DNA of 64,000 nucleotides from Antedon mediterranea (Eukaryota > Animalia > Echinodermata): positions 5,389,812 to 5,453,811 of the forward strand of contig NC_092675.1 in NCBI RefSeq assembly GCF_964355755.1. Direction: 5' to 3'. Under the pieces are notes generated by a model. It ran no database searches and was not told the origin of the DNA. It saw only the letters and a list, made by a program, of their open reading frames with translations. The first letter of the stretch is position 1, and the number at the start of each line of letters is the position of its first letter. This document shows, one piece after another, positions 26,269 to 39,270 of the stretch. A program made the translations under genes and the position numbers.

Positions 26269-29200
26269 TCATGTCTGGTTGGGTTCAAATGGTATTTCAT
26301 CACACACTTTAGACATCTCCTGAGTGCTGGTGGTTTTACTGTTTGATAATCCAGTCCTGTGATTGGTTGGATTGTGCTCTATATGGTGTGCTGGTTGTAA
26401 GTTGGCTTCTGATATAGTACCTTCAGGATTTTCAGGACAAAGAACTTCTTTATGATTGGTCATATCATGCTGTCCGACCTCTGATAAGGTCATTGACGGA
26501 TTGACTGCTGGGTCAGTGTCAATCACATTAACATCTCCCACTGATGTATCACCAATGGCATCTGGTAATGGTGCCATTTCACTCATAATTGCACCTGATA
26601 CTGACGCAGTATCTGGTAAAGTTGGCATGACTCTTGCATTGATTTTAGGTACTGATGTTGGAGCATCCTCTGTAGCATCTTGCAATGACGTAGCACTTGT
26701 GGTAGGCTCTTCTGCTGTTTTAGTTTGGTCTTTTGATGAACCTGATGTGTTCAATGAATTCTGTTCGCAAGAATCATCTGAGTCACTGTCTGGGTAAACC
26801 TCAGCACCATGGAAAATATAGCGATTTGGAGGCAGGAACAGAAATGTTGATGCTGAAAACAAGCACAACATTAACTTTAGTTTGTTTAATAAGGAGTAAA
26901 AAAAAAGAACATCTTATGACTATTTATAATCATATAGACAGTGGTTCAGAAAGATGTGTGAATTGAAGTGTAAACTAGGCTATGTTGTGACCAGCACTTT
27001 GGGCATAATTGGATATTATTTGCTAAACATTTTTACATTATAAATATATACACATAAACACAGAATATTAATTCTAAACACCAGTAATATACTGAAAATG
27101 TATTCATTGATTTGAGTATAGTATAATATAATATAATGTCACCAATACAACAACAGCTTTTGTTTGACGATGTTGGTATGTACAGAAGAAAAAGAAAAGC
27201 AACAAATATCATAGCAGATCCAGGATGGTAGAAAAAGAAAGAAAACAAAGGAGGGTCGAAGCCGAGTTGACACCAACTGAATCTGTCAATGAAAAGTTGA
27301 TTACACTTACGTTTAAGGTGCGTTGCTATACTATCTCTGCTGTATCTCCTTTGTGATTTCTTCTTACCACTTGTTGTCTTTACTGGACTTTCTTCAACAG
27401 AACTATTATTGATTTCAAAAGAACTACTAGATGATGCTTTATTCATTAAATTGTTTTCTGTCTCACATGCTATATTAGTTGCAGTAACTAACTCTTCAGA
27501 AGAGTTAGTTGCAGTAACTAACTCTTCAGAAGAGTTAGTTGCAGTAACTATCTCTTCAGAAGAACTCTCAGTACTGACATAAACTTTTTCTTCGATTTGC
27601 TTTTCAACATCAGTTTCCTGTACATTTTGTTCTGAACTCTTTTCACTCTGATCTTTAGCAGCCATATCAGTTTGTTCAGCCTCTTGAAATACAGAATCTG
27701 CTCCTGCCTCTGTTTGTGAGACATCATTGACATCTTGAGAGTTTTCCTCACATTCTCCTTGACTGTATGGAGGTGTTGGCATCGTCTCAAACAACATCTT
27801 TGCAGACAAAGGCATGTCTAATGATTCTTCCAATTTGTCATCAGTGTGGCATATTTGATTCCAGCCTACACCAAGTCGACGACATAACTCATTTACAATA
27901 ATGTCACTGTCACCAAGTAATTCAATGTCAAAGGTCATATGAGGAAGAGGTTCTCGGTTGATTAAAATTTGAGGTATATCATGAGAGAGCATATCTAATA
28001 AGAAAAGTAAATATAACTTATTTTAACGTCACTTAAGATATTTGTTCAAGAGGTATAAATTGGCATATCTTATCATGGAGGTAGATCTGATTTGTTGATC
28101 AGTTTTTCGAGAGGAAACATTTGTCAGGGTTAGGCTTTGACCTCAGGCTTCAGCTTAGCCATAATAAATGACATACTGTACTTCCAAACAATAAAACGTG
28201 TTTTGAAACTGTGAAAATAATGCAAATATCATTTGATTTGAATTTCCTTGAAATAAGATGATAATGCAATGCTGTCAACTCAACTTACTTGGTATAGTTG
28301 CCACTGGCCGAACTTTAAGTGACGAACCAATCACAATCAGAAGATCAGCTTGAGTTTTATCATCTTCCAGTGACTCATAAAATGTGTTTGGCAGGCCTTC
28401 ACCAAAGAATACAATATCTGGTTTCATTACAGCTAAATCTTCACCGTCTTGAGGGCAATTGGGACATACAGGAACAACCTATTTTTTGAATATCATTATT
28501 ATTTAATAGTAATTATTATCATAATAAAATATGTACTAACATACAGCAATGAATTGAAATGCAGATTGTAATTGATTAATCAACAACCATGGAAATTATG
28601 AAATACATGAACTAAACTGATTTCAGTCATCTCAGTCCCCAACCCCAAACAATAACAAACTACTACTACTGTACAGTATATCATGTTTAATCTGGACATT
28701 GCGGCCACGTACGCTGCAATTAACTGCGTGAGGTAATTTCCCGATTGATCGTAATCAAAACGGTACTGGGTATGGTCTACTAGCGTTCCTGCTCGCAACT
28801 CGTCATCCATTCATAGAAGCCTTGATGAAGTAAGCCTACCTGGTGGTAACCATAGAACGGTCCAGAGATAACGACTATACTTCGGCTTTAGTCGATAGAA
28901 GATTGAAAAATTGGTTAGAGAGAGTATATGGTGTTTAATTACATTAGTGTTTTATTTGTTACATTATGTGTGGAAGAGTCTATATAGAATTGATATTCCG
29001 CGTTGTTATAGTTAATATGATTAATCCATGTCGTTTTGGTTAAAACCTATATTATTTTATACATATTTAAAATAATTGTTATGATTATATTATTAATAAA
29101 AATGATATTTGTTAGTATAAATTTCATAATATAAATAGATATAAAGAAGTGTGTCGACTGCAAATGACTGACAAAACCACCTTCCCACTACACCTTCACA

Positions 29201-32200
29201 ATCCTATTTGCATAAACAACTCACGGCATACCAAACCATGTTGTAAAATTAAGATGAGATATTAATTCTTAAAGCACCTCAGTGGAATAAGTCATTTATG
29301 AATCAATACAGTACCTGATTGAATATGTCCTGCCTAATGGCATCTGCATTCACTTTACGTTTACATCTTGTACATGAGGCACTTGCAAAAGAACCTATAA
29401 TAATAAACTATTGTGTTATACTAAATACAAACAGTATAACTTTATTCTGTAACAATTAATAACAAAAGAAAAAAAATAATAAAATACATTTACAATATAC
29501 ACTCTCAACTTTTAAGTTTGTCATCCTGCCCTGATATTATACTAACTTAAAGATGTATTGTCCCCCAAAAACATGAAAAATAAAGATTAATAAAATGAGA
29601 CTTTGAATAGATTATTTTGTAGCTTTAATAATGTAGAAAAAAACTGGAAAAAATTTATGTCTTCATTTATAAAATTACAAAATAAATGGTTAAATTCAAC
29701 CAAAAACCAATTGGCTGGCAGCCAATTTGACTATTTTTTGCTTTAAATTACATTTTTTTAGGTAAATATTTTTTTTTCAATCCAATTTTTGGTCAAAGTG
29801 GATAACTATTTGGTGACATTAAAATGGCATAATCAACAGAAACATTGTTAAGAATTAATTTTTCAGGGGGACAATACATCTTTAAGTTTTAATATATTAT
29901 TGAATTCCATTCAGCAATATTACTGTTCTATTTAGTGCAGAACAGCTTTCAACTCATACAGTATTCTCCCTATTCAACTTTTAAACATGTATTATTTGTA
30001 TATGTGACCACAACTATTACTTTTTCTTACCATGACATTGGATGACTTTAGTAATACCAGCTACTTGTTCCAATGTATCAATATTCTGTGTATAGTTACG
30101 TAAAAGCTTCCCTTTCTGCTCCAACACTGAGATGAATTGATGGTTAACTGATGGTTTAAACTGACCTGGGTAAATTTCCTGAAAAAGATAGATAACATGG
30201 ATGTACTGACATAGTTAAACTCCAGTAGTGATGTAAGGCTTCTTTTAAGAAAAATAAATGTATAAATAATCATGTTAGAAAAACTCTATCGCTTTATGGT
30301 GATGAACAACTCTAAAATGTATATAGGAAATACTTTTTTTTATTTTATATCTATTATGTTGTGTTTATTGTTTTATGTTTTCTATGTAAAAGGGTCCTGC
30401 GAAAACAGAAGTGTAAACTTCTCTATGCAGGATCCTTGCCATCATATATGCTAAGAATATATTTATAAACGATGAGTAAATAAATGTGAATTGAATCAAG
30501 TTTCTTTTTAGACTTTGGTTCTCTTTTCTTATTTAGTTCATTATGAAAAGCGAATTTGATTACCAATTAAAAGATGAAAAATAAAACCCTAAGTTAATAA
30601 GTTTTGTTAGGTAGTGCACTGTTTTTCGTTAAAAAAACAAATATGAGAAAAAAAATTAAAAATAAATTTGTAACTGTTTGTGTTGGTTTCTTTAACCAAA
30701 ATCACCTTTAGCTTAGAGGAATTAAGTTGATATTTTTGTCAATAAATAAAAAAATATTTTTTTTATAAAGCTCACATATCCACTATTAAAGTGCACAATC
30801 ATCTTATGATTACAACTAAAGGACTCTGTATGTGTACCTTAGCAAACTTAAAAAATGGCCTAGGGTCTCTCCTGAAGTAATGTATATCAAACATAGACTG
30901 TGGATCAGGAAGGTCAGGAAAGTCTTGGCTGAGTCGTGCATAGATGCCATCCCTTGATCTGAAGTCAGGAATACCACAAGAAACAGACACCTACAACACG
31001 AAAAAACATGATGTAGCAGATATTTTAATGATAATAAATGTACTATGTATGATGTATAATAGTGCCATTCCAACGAATGGATCATTGCTTGTGGATCTTC
31101 CACGTTTCAATTACATGGTTCACACAAAGGTCACGTCCTATCAGGGCAGCCAATTAAGGTGCTCTCTTCCCTGTCTACTGCAGTGGCAGTGTATGAACTA
31201 GCACAGAGGCTAACTGTACAAGATGTACTAAGTTTTTAAAAGTGCATATGAATGTCTTGTTCTACCACCAGTAACCATGGAGCGAGTGAGCTGCAAACTC
31301 ATGCCGATATCTTAACTATAACTAACTATACTCATATACTGGAAATATGTCTTTCTTTTTTAACATTATTAATAATTTTTTTTTCTTCCAGTTTGCAAGC
31401 AGCAAATCTAGGCCAGTAGCATACTGTAGTTGATAATCTGTTAATTTACTGCTAAGTTTTAGACAGTAGGTTACATAATACTATCTGAACATGCATTTAA
31501 TTTTAAAATGTTTTAAACAAAGTAAATTGAATTGTTACCCCTGCTCCTGTAAGTACAAGAACCTTAGTGCATGTCTGCAACAGACGTATTACATCATCCA
31601 TAGTATTAAAGGCATCAAGTTTTGAACGTCGTTTCGGCTCACTCAAACACTCAAAATACTCAACAAGCAATGCCCACAGTTGACATTCCTCCATTTCGCT
31701 AGGAAGGTTTGTACCAGGTAAAACTCTGGATAAGATGGATCTAGGGTTCACTCCCATGATCATCTGCTGCTGAAGCCAACCAAATGGACCTAAAGTTTTG
31801 AAATTTTAATTTATCTTTAATTCTTATAGTGTGGATGGTTATTTCAGAAAAAGAATAAGAAAAGCGAAAACAGAATGTTAATTTGTATTTATATAAATAT
31901 TTCTTGATGGATTCAAACATGTACTACAAATGGAGAGAGGCATTATATACCAATAGATAAAAGTTTTGGTCCTCTCTCCATCATCTTTTTTTTGTAATGT
32001 ATTATACCATATGGACAATTGTCTAAAATAAAAGTTGAATTGAATTGAATTAAATACACAATTGGCTTGCTTATACCAGATGTTACAATCGACCATCAAG
32101 TATATTTCAATTTAATTCACATTATTTAGTCATCGTTTATAAATACAATTTCAGTATATAATTGAAGGCAAGGGTCCTGCATAAAGAAGTTTACAATTCT

Positions 32201-35200
32201 GTTTTCGCAGGACCCTTTTACATAAAAACATAAAACAATAAAACACAACATAAATTAAGTAAACTAGATGGTACGCTCGCGTACCATCTAGGTCGTGCCC
32301 ACAGATGGTTCTCGAATACATAAAAATTCCAGCGTTAAAAAACTGGCGATTTCAAATGTACGTACCGCAGGACAATAATACATGTCGTTTACAGGAACGA
32401 ATAAATAGACACTGTGATTTATGTACTCAACTAAAATTAGCACCCATGGAATTACTTCCGAAAGAGAAACTTGTCACAAAAAAATGAGACCAATTGTTTA
32501 AGTCAAATTTAAACAAACTTAATTTGTGTTTTGTATGTAACATTAGGGTTGAGGGATGGGGAAGAGGATGGGTGCAAAGAGGATATAAATATATTCTTTA
32601 TCCATTTAGTAACGAAATATTAATTGTTTTCATGTTTTACAAATAATATACCACTACACACAGTAGTAAAACATTGCGATTTAATACTTTGTTGAAACTA
32701 TCACCGTCATAGTCGATTGAAATAGTACAGTACATGTAACGATACATCACTACGACGTGTATATGTTTATACTGTATAATGTAAAACAATTTGTGAAAAC
32801 CACTTCTATTTTGGAATGTTCCATTCATCGCAAATCACTACATTTATATAATTATAAACGTATATATAAATCTATCAAAATAGTATTTTTTAAAGAAAAT
32901 CGGCCTGTCTTCAACATTATGATGCTGTACTCGAGCTGTTCAACCGGTTTTCAGCCATTAAAAACAATTATCGTAGGAGGAGATAGGAAAATGCGAAGCA
33001 TCCTCGCATTATTGTCTGCGGGTATTTTTCAAGACGAACATCCATTAGACAGTGTATACCACGATCGAAAAACACCCCTATTTGGGGCAAATCGTTGAAC
33101 CTAAATTCGTTTTAATCGTCAATAACTAATTATCGAACTCAATTTAATTAGTAAACAGGGTTACATCAGGTGGTTAAAATCAGTACCGAAAGTACGAAAC
33201 AACTTTATATACCATTGAGTAAACATTTTAGAAATAACGCGCGATTTACCGAATTTTGCCCTTACGTAAATTTATATATAGAAGTTAGAAATAAACAACA
33301 TTTCCTTCATATTACTCACCTTTGGCTGGTTGTGGTGACCAGTCTCCTAGATTTAAGTCCAAGTCTTCATCACTATCTTCATCATCATTTTCATTATCAA
33401 TATGTTGATTGACATCTACTGTAGCAGAAGATGATGACGGTTCATTATCTGTAGTCATGTTACCTACAGTATGTGTAAATATTGATAAAAATAATAAAAA
33501 TAATTGTACAGAACGAAATTGTCGTATTCGATTGGGAACTTTCGTTGTCAACGTAATAATTGTACAGAATGAAATGCAAGTCATCTTTTTATGCACAACC
33601 ATAGGACCAATGTCAGGGCTGCAAATTAAGTGGTATTTTTCTGGTTGCGACAAAAGAATTAGAATAGGTCGCGACTAGTGCGACAAGATCGTCTGCTTGT
33701 GCGAGTTGTTTCAAATTAAAGTCCAGTGTGTTTTCCCTATTTCAACACTGTTGAAATTTAATCTGTCTCTCTACTAACGGAAGGCCCATGCATCAAGGAG
33801 TTTCCACACGACGTACAGTACGTCACCACTACAGAGTCAGATTCATTCAAGCGTGCAAAGCCGCTATGTAGCTAAACATTTCCTGAATATAAATATCCCA
33901 CAAGTAAAATGCTTAAAAAAAATTGACAAAATGCCATAGACAGCATCTATATTGTAAATATGAATATAGATACCACAATATAATTTCAAATTAATCTTTC
34001 ATTAAATTAACTGGTTCATATCTAAATGTAATGAAAAATCAAGATGGTTTAGTTTGGTCATTTAGCTCACTACTGTAGGTTTGCAACAAATACTATAAAT
34101 AAGTTTAAGGGTATTTAATAGATAAAAAAGAAAAAAAAAGAAATATAAATTTAAATAGTTTTAAAATTAGATACTTTAGAATATTTATATACCTTAAAAA
34201 CCTTAGTGTATTAATGTTATTGATTTTTAAATGTTTTGTAGAATATGCTGTAACTTTATCAAAAATAAATTTGTTTTCTGAAAGTTAATAATAATTAGCC
34301 TAATATAATAAAATAATACATTATTTTTACCTACAGTAATATGACATTACACAAGTATATTGTATTAATAAAATATTAATTATTATGATCCAAAAGGTCA
34401 CACAATAATTGTTATCATTTAATTTATCACATTTCGGAAAACTATAAAAACAACTGGCGCTAGTTCCGTTTCGCACCTGTCGTTTATTTTGACTCAAAAT
34501 TGGTTAAGTAACTTTATCGTGAGTACCACACCTTAGAATTAGGCATCAAAAATACTTTTACGAAGGAGATCACACAAAAAGTAAAAAATAAATCCTTTAA
34601 ATTGATGAATTTACTGACATGTTTTTCTCGCACATTGGTTCGTAAATTTCGCATACTCCATGTTCAATGTTGTTGTTTCTATGGAGCGCCAAAAGAGCAA
34701 TCATAATAGAAGGCTAAAAACTCAGTAAATTGGGTATATTTAATGCATTTATTGGTGAAAATTACGTTCAATCATATTGAATTATCATATTTTGTCAATG
34801 TCAATGCAACAAAAATATTACTGTTGATACTGTACATGATTTTTGCAGGAACTTTTAGGAATGAAAATCGACAAATTCATCATCATATTACATGTACTGT
34901 AGGGGGTATACCTGATCTAAATATTAATATTCGTCTTAGTCTTACTCTTAGGTCTAGGGTTGGTTGCTATTTGAAAACAGCAAATTATTAGCAGTAAAAT
35001 GTTACAGCATTTTTATTGACAAAATCAGGGATGTCACCAGCTTTTTGGAGTGCCGGTCGTCAAATTTCCCGGGGGGGGGGGGGGGGGGGGGGGGAATAAC
35101 CCCGGGTATCCCCCCCCCCCCCCCGGGTTTTTTTTCGTTATTTCAGCGAAACATAAAGAATTATGAAAATAAATAACAACAAATTGCGTCAGGTCTTGGC

Positions 35201-37083
35201 CTAACCTTGTACCACCGGGGAGTCGCCGTTATTATTCGCGAAAACAAAAAAACGCTCACGAAATGAATAGCAATAGATCGCGTCAGGCTTAGGCCTAGCC
35301 TTGTAGACACTAGGCCTAGCCAAGGCTTGGATAGATGCCCCAAAACCCAAAATCTGAATTCCAAAAAAACGGGCGCTTCTTTATTTAGGCCTAATCCCTA
35401 ATCAAATAATGTAGATAAATTATTAGCCTAGACCTTACTACTTGTTGCTCGATATAATGTTCGTGTTCTTTTGAGCGAGAGTATTGCGTATTCGCGAATT
35501 CCGGATTTTTTGTTTCACAACTGTGCAAGAAGAACAGAGACACGTGTTTATGGGTTAACTGAAGTTCAGCAACCTGAAGTTATCCCAGGGACGTGTAATT
35601 ATTGTACCATGCTCGGCGATCATAAACGAACGAACTTGCCCGGTCTCACTGAACCATGCGCATGTTTTTTTATTTTTTTTAATAGTTCGTAGAGTACAAA
35701 AATGTAAAACTAGTAACATAATATAATTAAAGCAGGGTGACAAAACATTCAGCAATTAAAAATGATTTTGTTTGGGTCTATGTAGTTGTACATTTTTAAT
35801 TACTGCGTACTTGTTTGTATTTTTAATCTGTGCAAAATAAAACGCTTGAATGGTCGCTATGTGAACTTTAAACTTGTACACTGTGCTGTGTAGCACGTTG
35901 TTCGCCATGACTCACAAGCTGTAACAATGAATACCAGGGCAGGGTAGGCCTGGTATTGTGTTACAAATAAAGTAACGTACGTAACATTTGCTGTAGTCTT
36001 TTGTCTTATCTATATGAGGCTAGCTTGTCTGTTATTAACGATGTGCTAGGTAAAATGTTTTAGTACAAATTTTAGTTAGGCCTAGGCCTAATATAAATAT
36101 CGTAATGATTAATAAATAATAGTGGTGGTCGGCAGCCTGTAAATCCTGGTCGGAAATGCTGAGTGCTGGTCGGGGCCGACCAGCGCCGACCAGCGTGGTG
36201 ACATCCCTGCAAAATATATTAAAATTAAACGTGTATTTCAATAATAAAATTCATTAAAAGAAGACGCATTCCACTGAGTTTTTAACCATCTATTCTTGTT
36301 GCTCTTTTGGCGCTCCATAGAAACGAAAATATTGAACTTCGAGTATGCTAAATTCGCGAACGGTATGCGAGAAACATGTCTGTAAAATCATCAATTTAAG
36401 GATTTATTTGTTACTTTTTATGTGATTCTTCTTCATAAAAGTACTTATGAGGCCCAATTTTAAGGTGTGGTATTCACAATAAGTTGCTTTTAACAATTTG
36501 GAGTCAAAAGGAAGTCGAAATAAAAACAGGTGCGAAACGAAACTAGCGCCAAACAACTCCCTCCCAGTTCAACAAATTAAAAAAGATTACCCTACTAACT
36601 AGTACTAGCCTAGTAGTAGTAGTACTAAACTATCTAGCCTAGGCCTAGTCTAGGGCCTCTAGGCCTAGCCTATACAGCTAGCTAGGCCCATCCATTTGAA
36701 CATTTTAAAATACAAAAGAATAAAGTAGAGCAAATGTTTTAGCTCCCACCTTGCAAAATTGGCACAGTCGAGCTAAGCTCGGAAAGGTCTTCAGAGCTAG
36801 GCCTAGGCCTACTGCTGCTGCACAACGGCGATGCTTCCTCCAGGGATGAACGTGCTCGATCGCCGGATGAGCCAGCTTCATGAATTGGTCTGACATCATC
36901 GATGGTTGATGAACAATTTTCTAATGAATTGTTTATAGATGGTCCTAAATTAGCACTTTCATACTGAGTATTTACAATTGGTACATTACAAGACGTTGAA
37001 GATGATGAAATATGCTCATCCTGTTCAAGCCGAGGACGTTTTGTTTGTACCGCTGAAATCTCAGACTGAGAGTTGTCAGCCAT
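26269..37083 (-). CDS. SIRT1: NAD-dependent protein deacetylase sirtuin-1, 9 coding exons, ~855 aa
   Basis: Exons 37083-36750, 33463-33320, 31789-31539, 30990-30838, 30178-30031, 29394-29315, 28478-28289, 27994-27311, 26852-26269, all GT-AG with consistent phase. Motifs: MAD...KRPRL, LTGAG|[29 protein letters not shown]|SF, CTRC/CPNC zinc ligands, [22 protein letters not shown], and SIRT1-specific [17 protein letters not shown]. Confidence 0.96.
27475..27563 (-). repeat. 3 x 30-bp coding tandem repeat in SIRT1 exon 8 (SSEE[IL]VTATN)
   Basis: TTAGTTGCAGTAACTAACTCTTCAGAAGAG repeated three times. Confidence 0.9.
29551..29881. mobile_element. Kolobok-type non-autonomous DNA transposon
   Basis: Perfect 16-bp TIR AGATGTATTGTCCCCC with TTAA on both sides; decayed homolog at ~52990-53275; same left end at 20994. 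Confidence 0.8.
30354..30440. repeat. ~85-bp repeat, inverted copy at 32167-32253
   Basis: TTATGTTGTGTTTATTGTTTTATGTTTTCTATGTAAAAGGGTCCTGCGAAAACAGAA... is the reverse complement of 32167-32253. Confidence 0.75.
32264..33282 (-). mobile_element. Non-autonomous Helitron
   Basis: Minus strand begins TCTATATATAAA and ends in hairpin CTAGATGGTACGC-GA-GCGTACCATCTAG followed by T; in SIRT1 intron 2. Confidence 0.55.
34456..36550. mobile_element. Non-autonomous DNA transposon with ~270-bp TIRs and 8-bp TSD (Merlin/MULE-like)
   Basis: GGCGCTAGTTCCGTTTCGCACCTG... (34456-34726) is the inverted homolog of 36273-36550; exact AAACAACT duplication on both sides. Confidence 0.8.
35026..36209. mobile_element. 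hAT-like non-autonomous element nested in the long-TIR element
   Basis: Perfect 14-bp TIR CAGGGATGTCACCA; CAAAAT (6 bp) duplicated on both sides. Confidence 0.75.
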
Positions 37084-37783
37084 TTTTGTTGACACTGATT
37101 TCCGAGAAATTAAAATTCCCTAAAAGTATTTATTATGCAACATATTTTAGTCATGAATTCAACATTTAAAAATAGTTTTCGGTTGTATAATATACTTTAC
37201 ACCCTTTTAAATTATTTTTTTTTTAGTTTTGAAATTGAAAAGTACCTGTTTATATCTATTTTCAACAAGTTTTAGCAGATAAATGTTGATTTTTAAAAAT
37301 CTTATAGCGCCGCCTTTCGATCTTCTTCGTGACAAACAAAGGGGGAGAGTGTAGTGTCAACAAAAATAGAGATACAAAGATCAGGAAAGGAGGATACCAC
37401 CATGGAACTATAATATAATGTATTATAGTTCCATGATACCACAGAGAGCAGCATCTCAGAAACAGTAAAACACAAAAAGGATGTTTTTAGACATCCCAAC
37501 TGATTACATGTGATATGCCGCATTTATTAGAGCAGGGAGGGTACTCCTACTCAGGGAGTTACAACTCCCTGCTACTACTACTACTACTGTATTATTAATT
37601 TTTATAGGCTATAAATTATGAATTTTTTTTTAAAGAATATTATTTTTCCAGGTGCAGTCAGTACTGTAAAGTGTAATACAGCCTAATATCTGGTCAAAAC
37701 CATTCATATAGAGTCATACTAAAATGTACATGAATTTCGTCTTAATTAATGCCTTGTTTAAAGTCATCGAGTGTCCTTAATTC

Positions 37784-38773
37784 GAATACAGATCACTCCG
37801 GCCACGCTTCAGTCCGGCCGCGCTTCAATCCGGCAGCGATTCATTCCGGCTGCAGCTATGGAGCGCCCAATGAGTCTTTTACAACCGAGACACGTTTTTT
37901 GTAGAGAATCAAAATAAACATTTGTAATCACATAGTATATTTTTTCTCTTTCAGGATCACAACAACAAGTGTTTTAAATTAGGTCTAATGCTAAAACAAA
38001 ATAATTTATGTGTTTTATCCAATAGGCTAGTATATTAATTGTAATGTGATTAATTAATGTAATTTATTGCAATGTATCCTATATGTCATATTATTTTTAT
38101 CATATATAAATTAAAATATAAAATCATTGTAAATTGGACTGTACAAAAATGATATATTAATTCTTGCTACAATTCCAGGTAACATTAATTAGACGGATAT
38201 TTGATTATTTGAAATAAATTAATTAATATTGTAAATATTGTTATTAACTATAACAAACATCAATAATAATTGATTATTTGAAATAAATTAATTAATATTT
38301 TACATATTGTTATTAACTATAATTAGTAAGTATGGGTACTGGCAAGTGTTATAAAAATAAGGGTTTTAACTAATTTTTGATGTTAATAAATGTAAAGCTA
38401 TAAAATAAATGTACATTTATACAAAAATTAAATATTGTTATTCAAGCATTAATTAGACGGGTATTTGATTATTATTTTATTATTGAATTTATTTAAGTTA
38501 AGTTTAGTTTGAAAGAAAAAGCAGTTCCAACTTCTTTGAATGTTATTGTTAATGAAAAAAGTAAAATTGTTGCTAATAAATATTCAACTAGTTCCATTTA
38601 AATTCACCAAGAATTTGTTATACACTGAACAGTATAGAAAACGTAGATATGGGCGCTCCATACTAACGGCCCCTTTGCACAAGAAGTCGAATTGAATAGC
38701 GGCCGGAGTGCATAACATCGCGCTAAACTGATACGGCGGCCAGAGTGAAGCGCGGCCGGAGTGATCGGCCACC
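37784..38773. mobile_element. MULE/Foldback-like MITE with 15-bp subterminal repeats
   Basis: GATCACTCCGGCC(A/G)CGCTTCA repeats inverted at both ends; CTTAATTC duplicated at the flanks; AT-rich interior with a ~55-bp direct repeat (38199-38322). Confidence 0.7.
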
Positions 38774-39270
38774 CTTAATTCTGGTTATATCTGCACAGGG
38801 CACCAAGATGATAGAAACAATTTTAAATTTGCCGGACAGTATTGACGGTTCCAATAGTCTCCAAAAAAACATGAAAAGATGATTAGATAAATCAGACTTT
38901 GAATAGCCCATTTTGCACTTTTTTAAAATAAAGTTCGTATTCGCTTCTGTAGAAAAAAAATGGCATACTCAACAAATTTATTTTTTAAGGGAATATATAT
39001 CTTTAAAAAGATACAACAGTATAATTTATTGTTAAATAATCTCCCATTCCCTTCACTCATATTTCTGTAAATACAGTAGGACAGCAGTGGTGGATTGGTA
39101 TTACTATTGGTCATGGTTTGCTAAGCAGTGTTGTATTAAATGACCCTCTTTGTACAATTTATAGGGTCATTAAATCAAATTGTGAGGTGTGGCTTTATTC
39201 ATCTGTAAATTATTTATTTTATAACTGTATTTTGCTGGTATCATTCCTTAGAAACCTCTAACTGATTGGA

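Noticed and set aside
26456-26797. 113-aa antisense ORF over the SIRT1 last exon, and similar antisense ORFs at 9344, 11423, 18144 and 53625
   Set aside because: Shadow ORFs of real exons with no independent motifs.
34964-35176. Gly/Pro-rich 70-aa ORF
   Set aside because: Arises from G and C homopolymers inside a non-autonomous transposon.
37302-37320. CTCF-like site TAGCGCCGCCT between SIRT1 and DNAJC12
   Set aside because: Only a half match to the consensus; not supportable without ChIP or PWM scoring.
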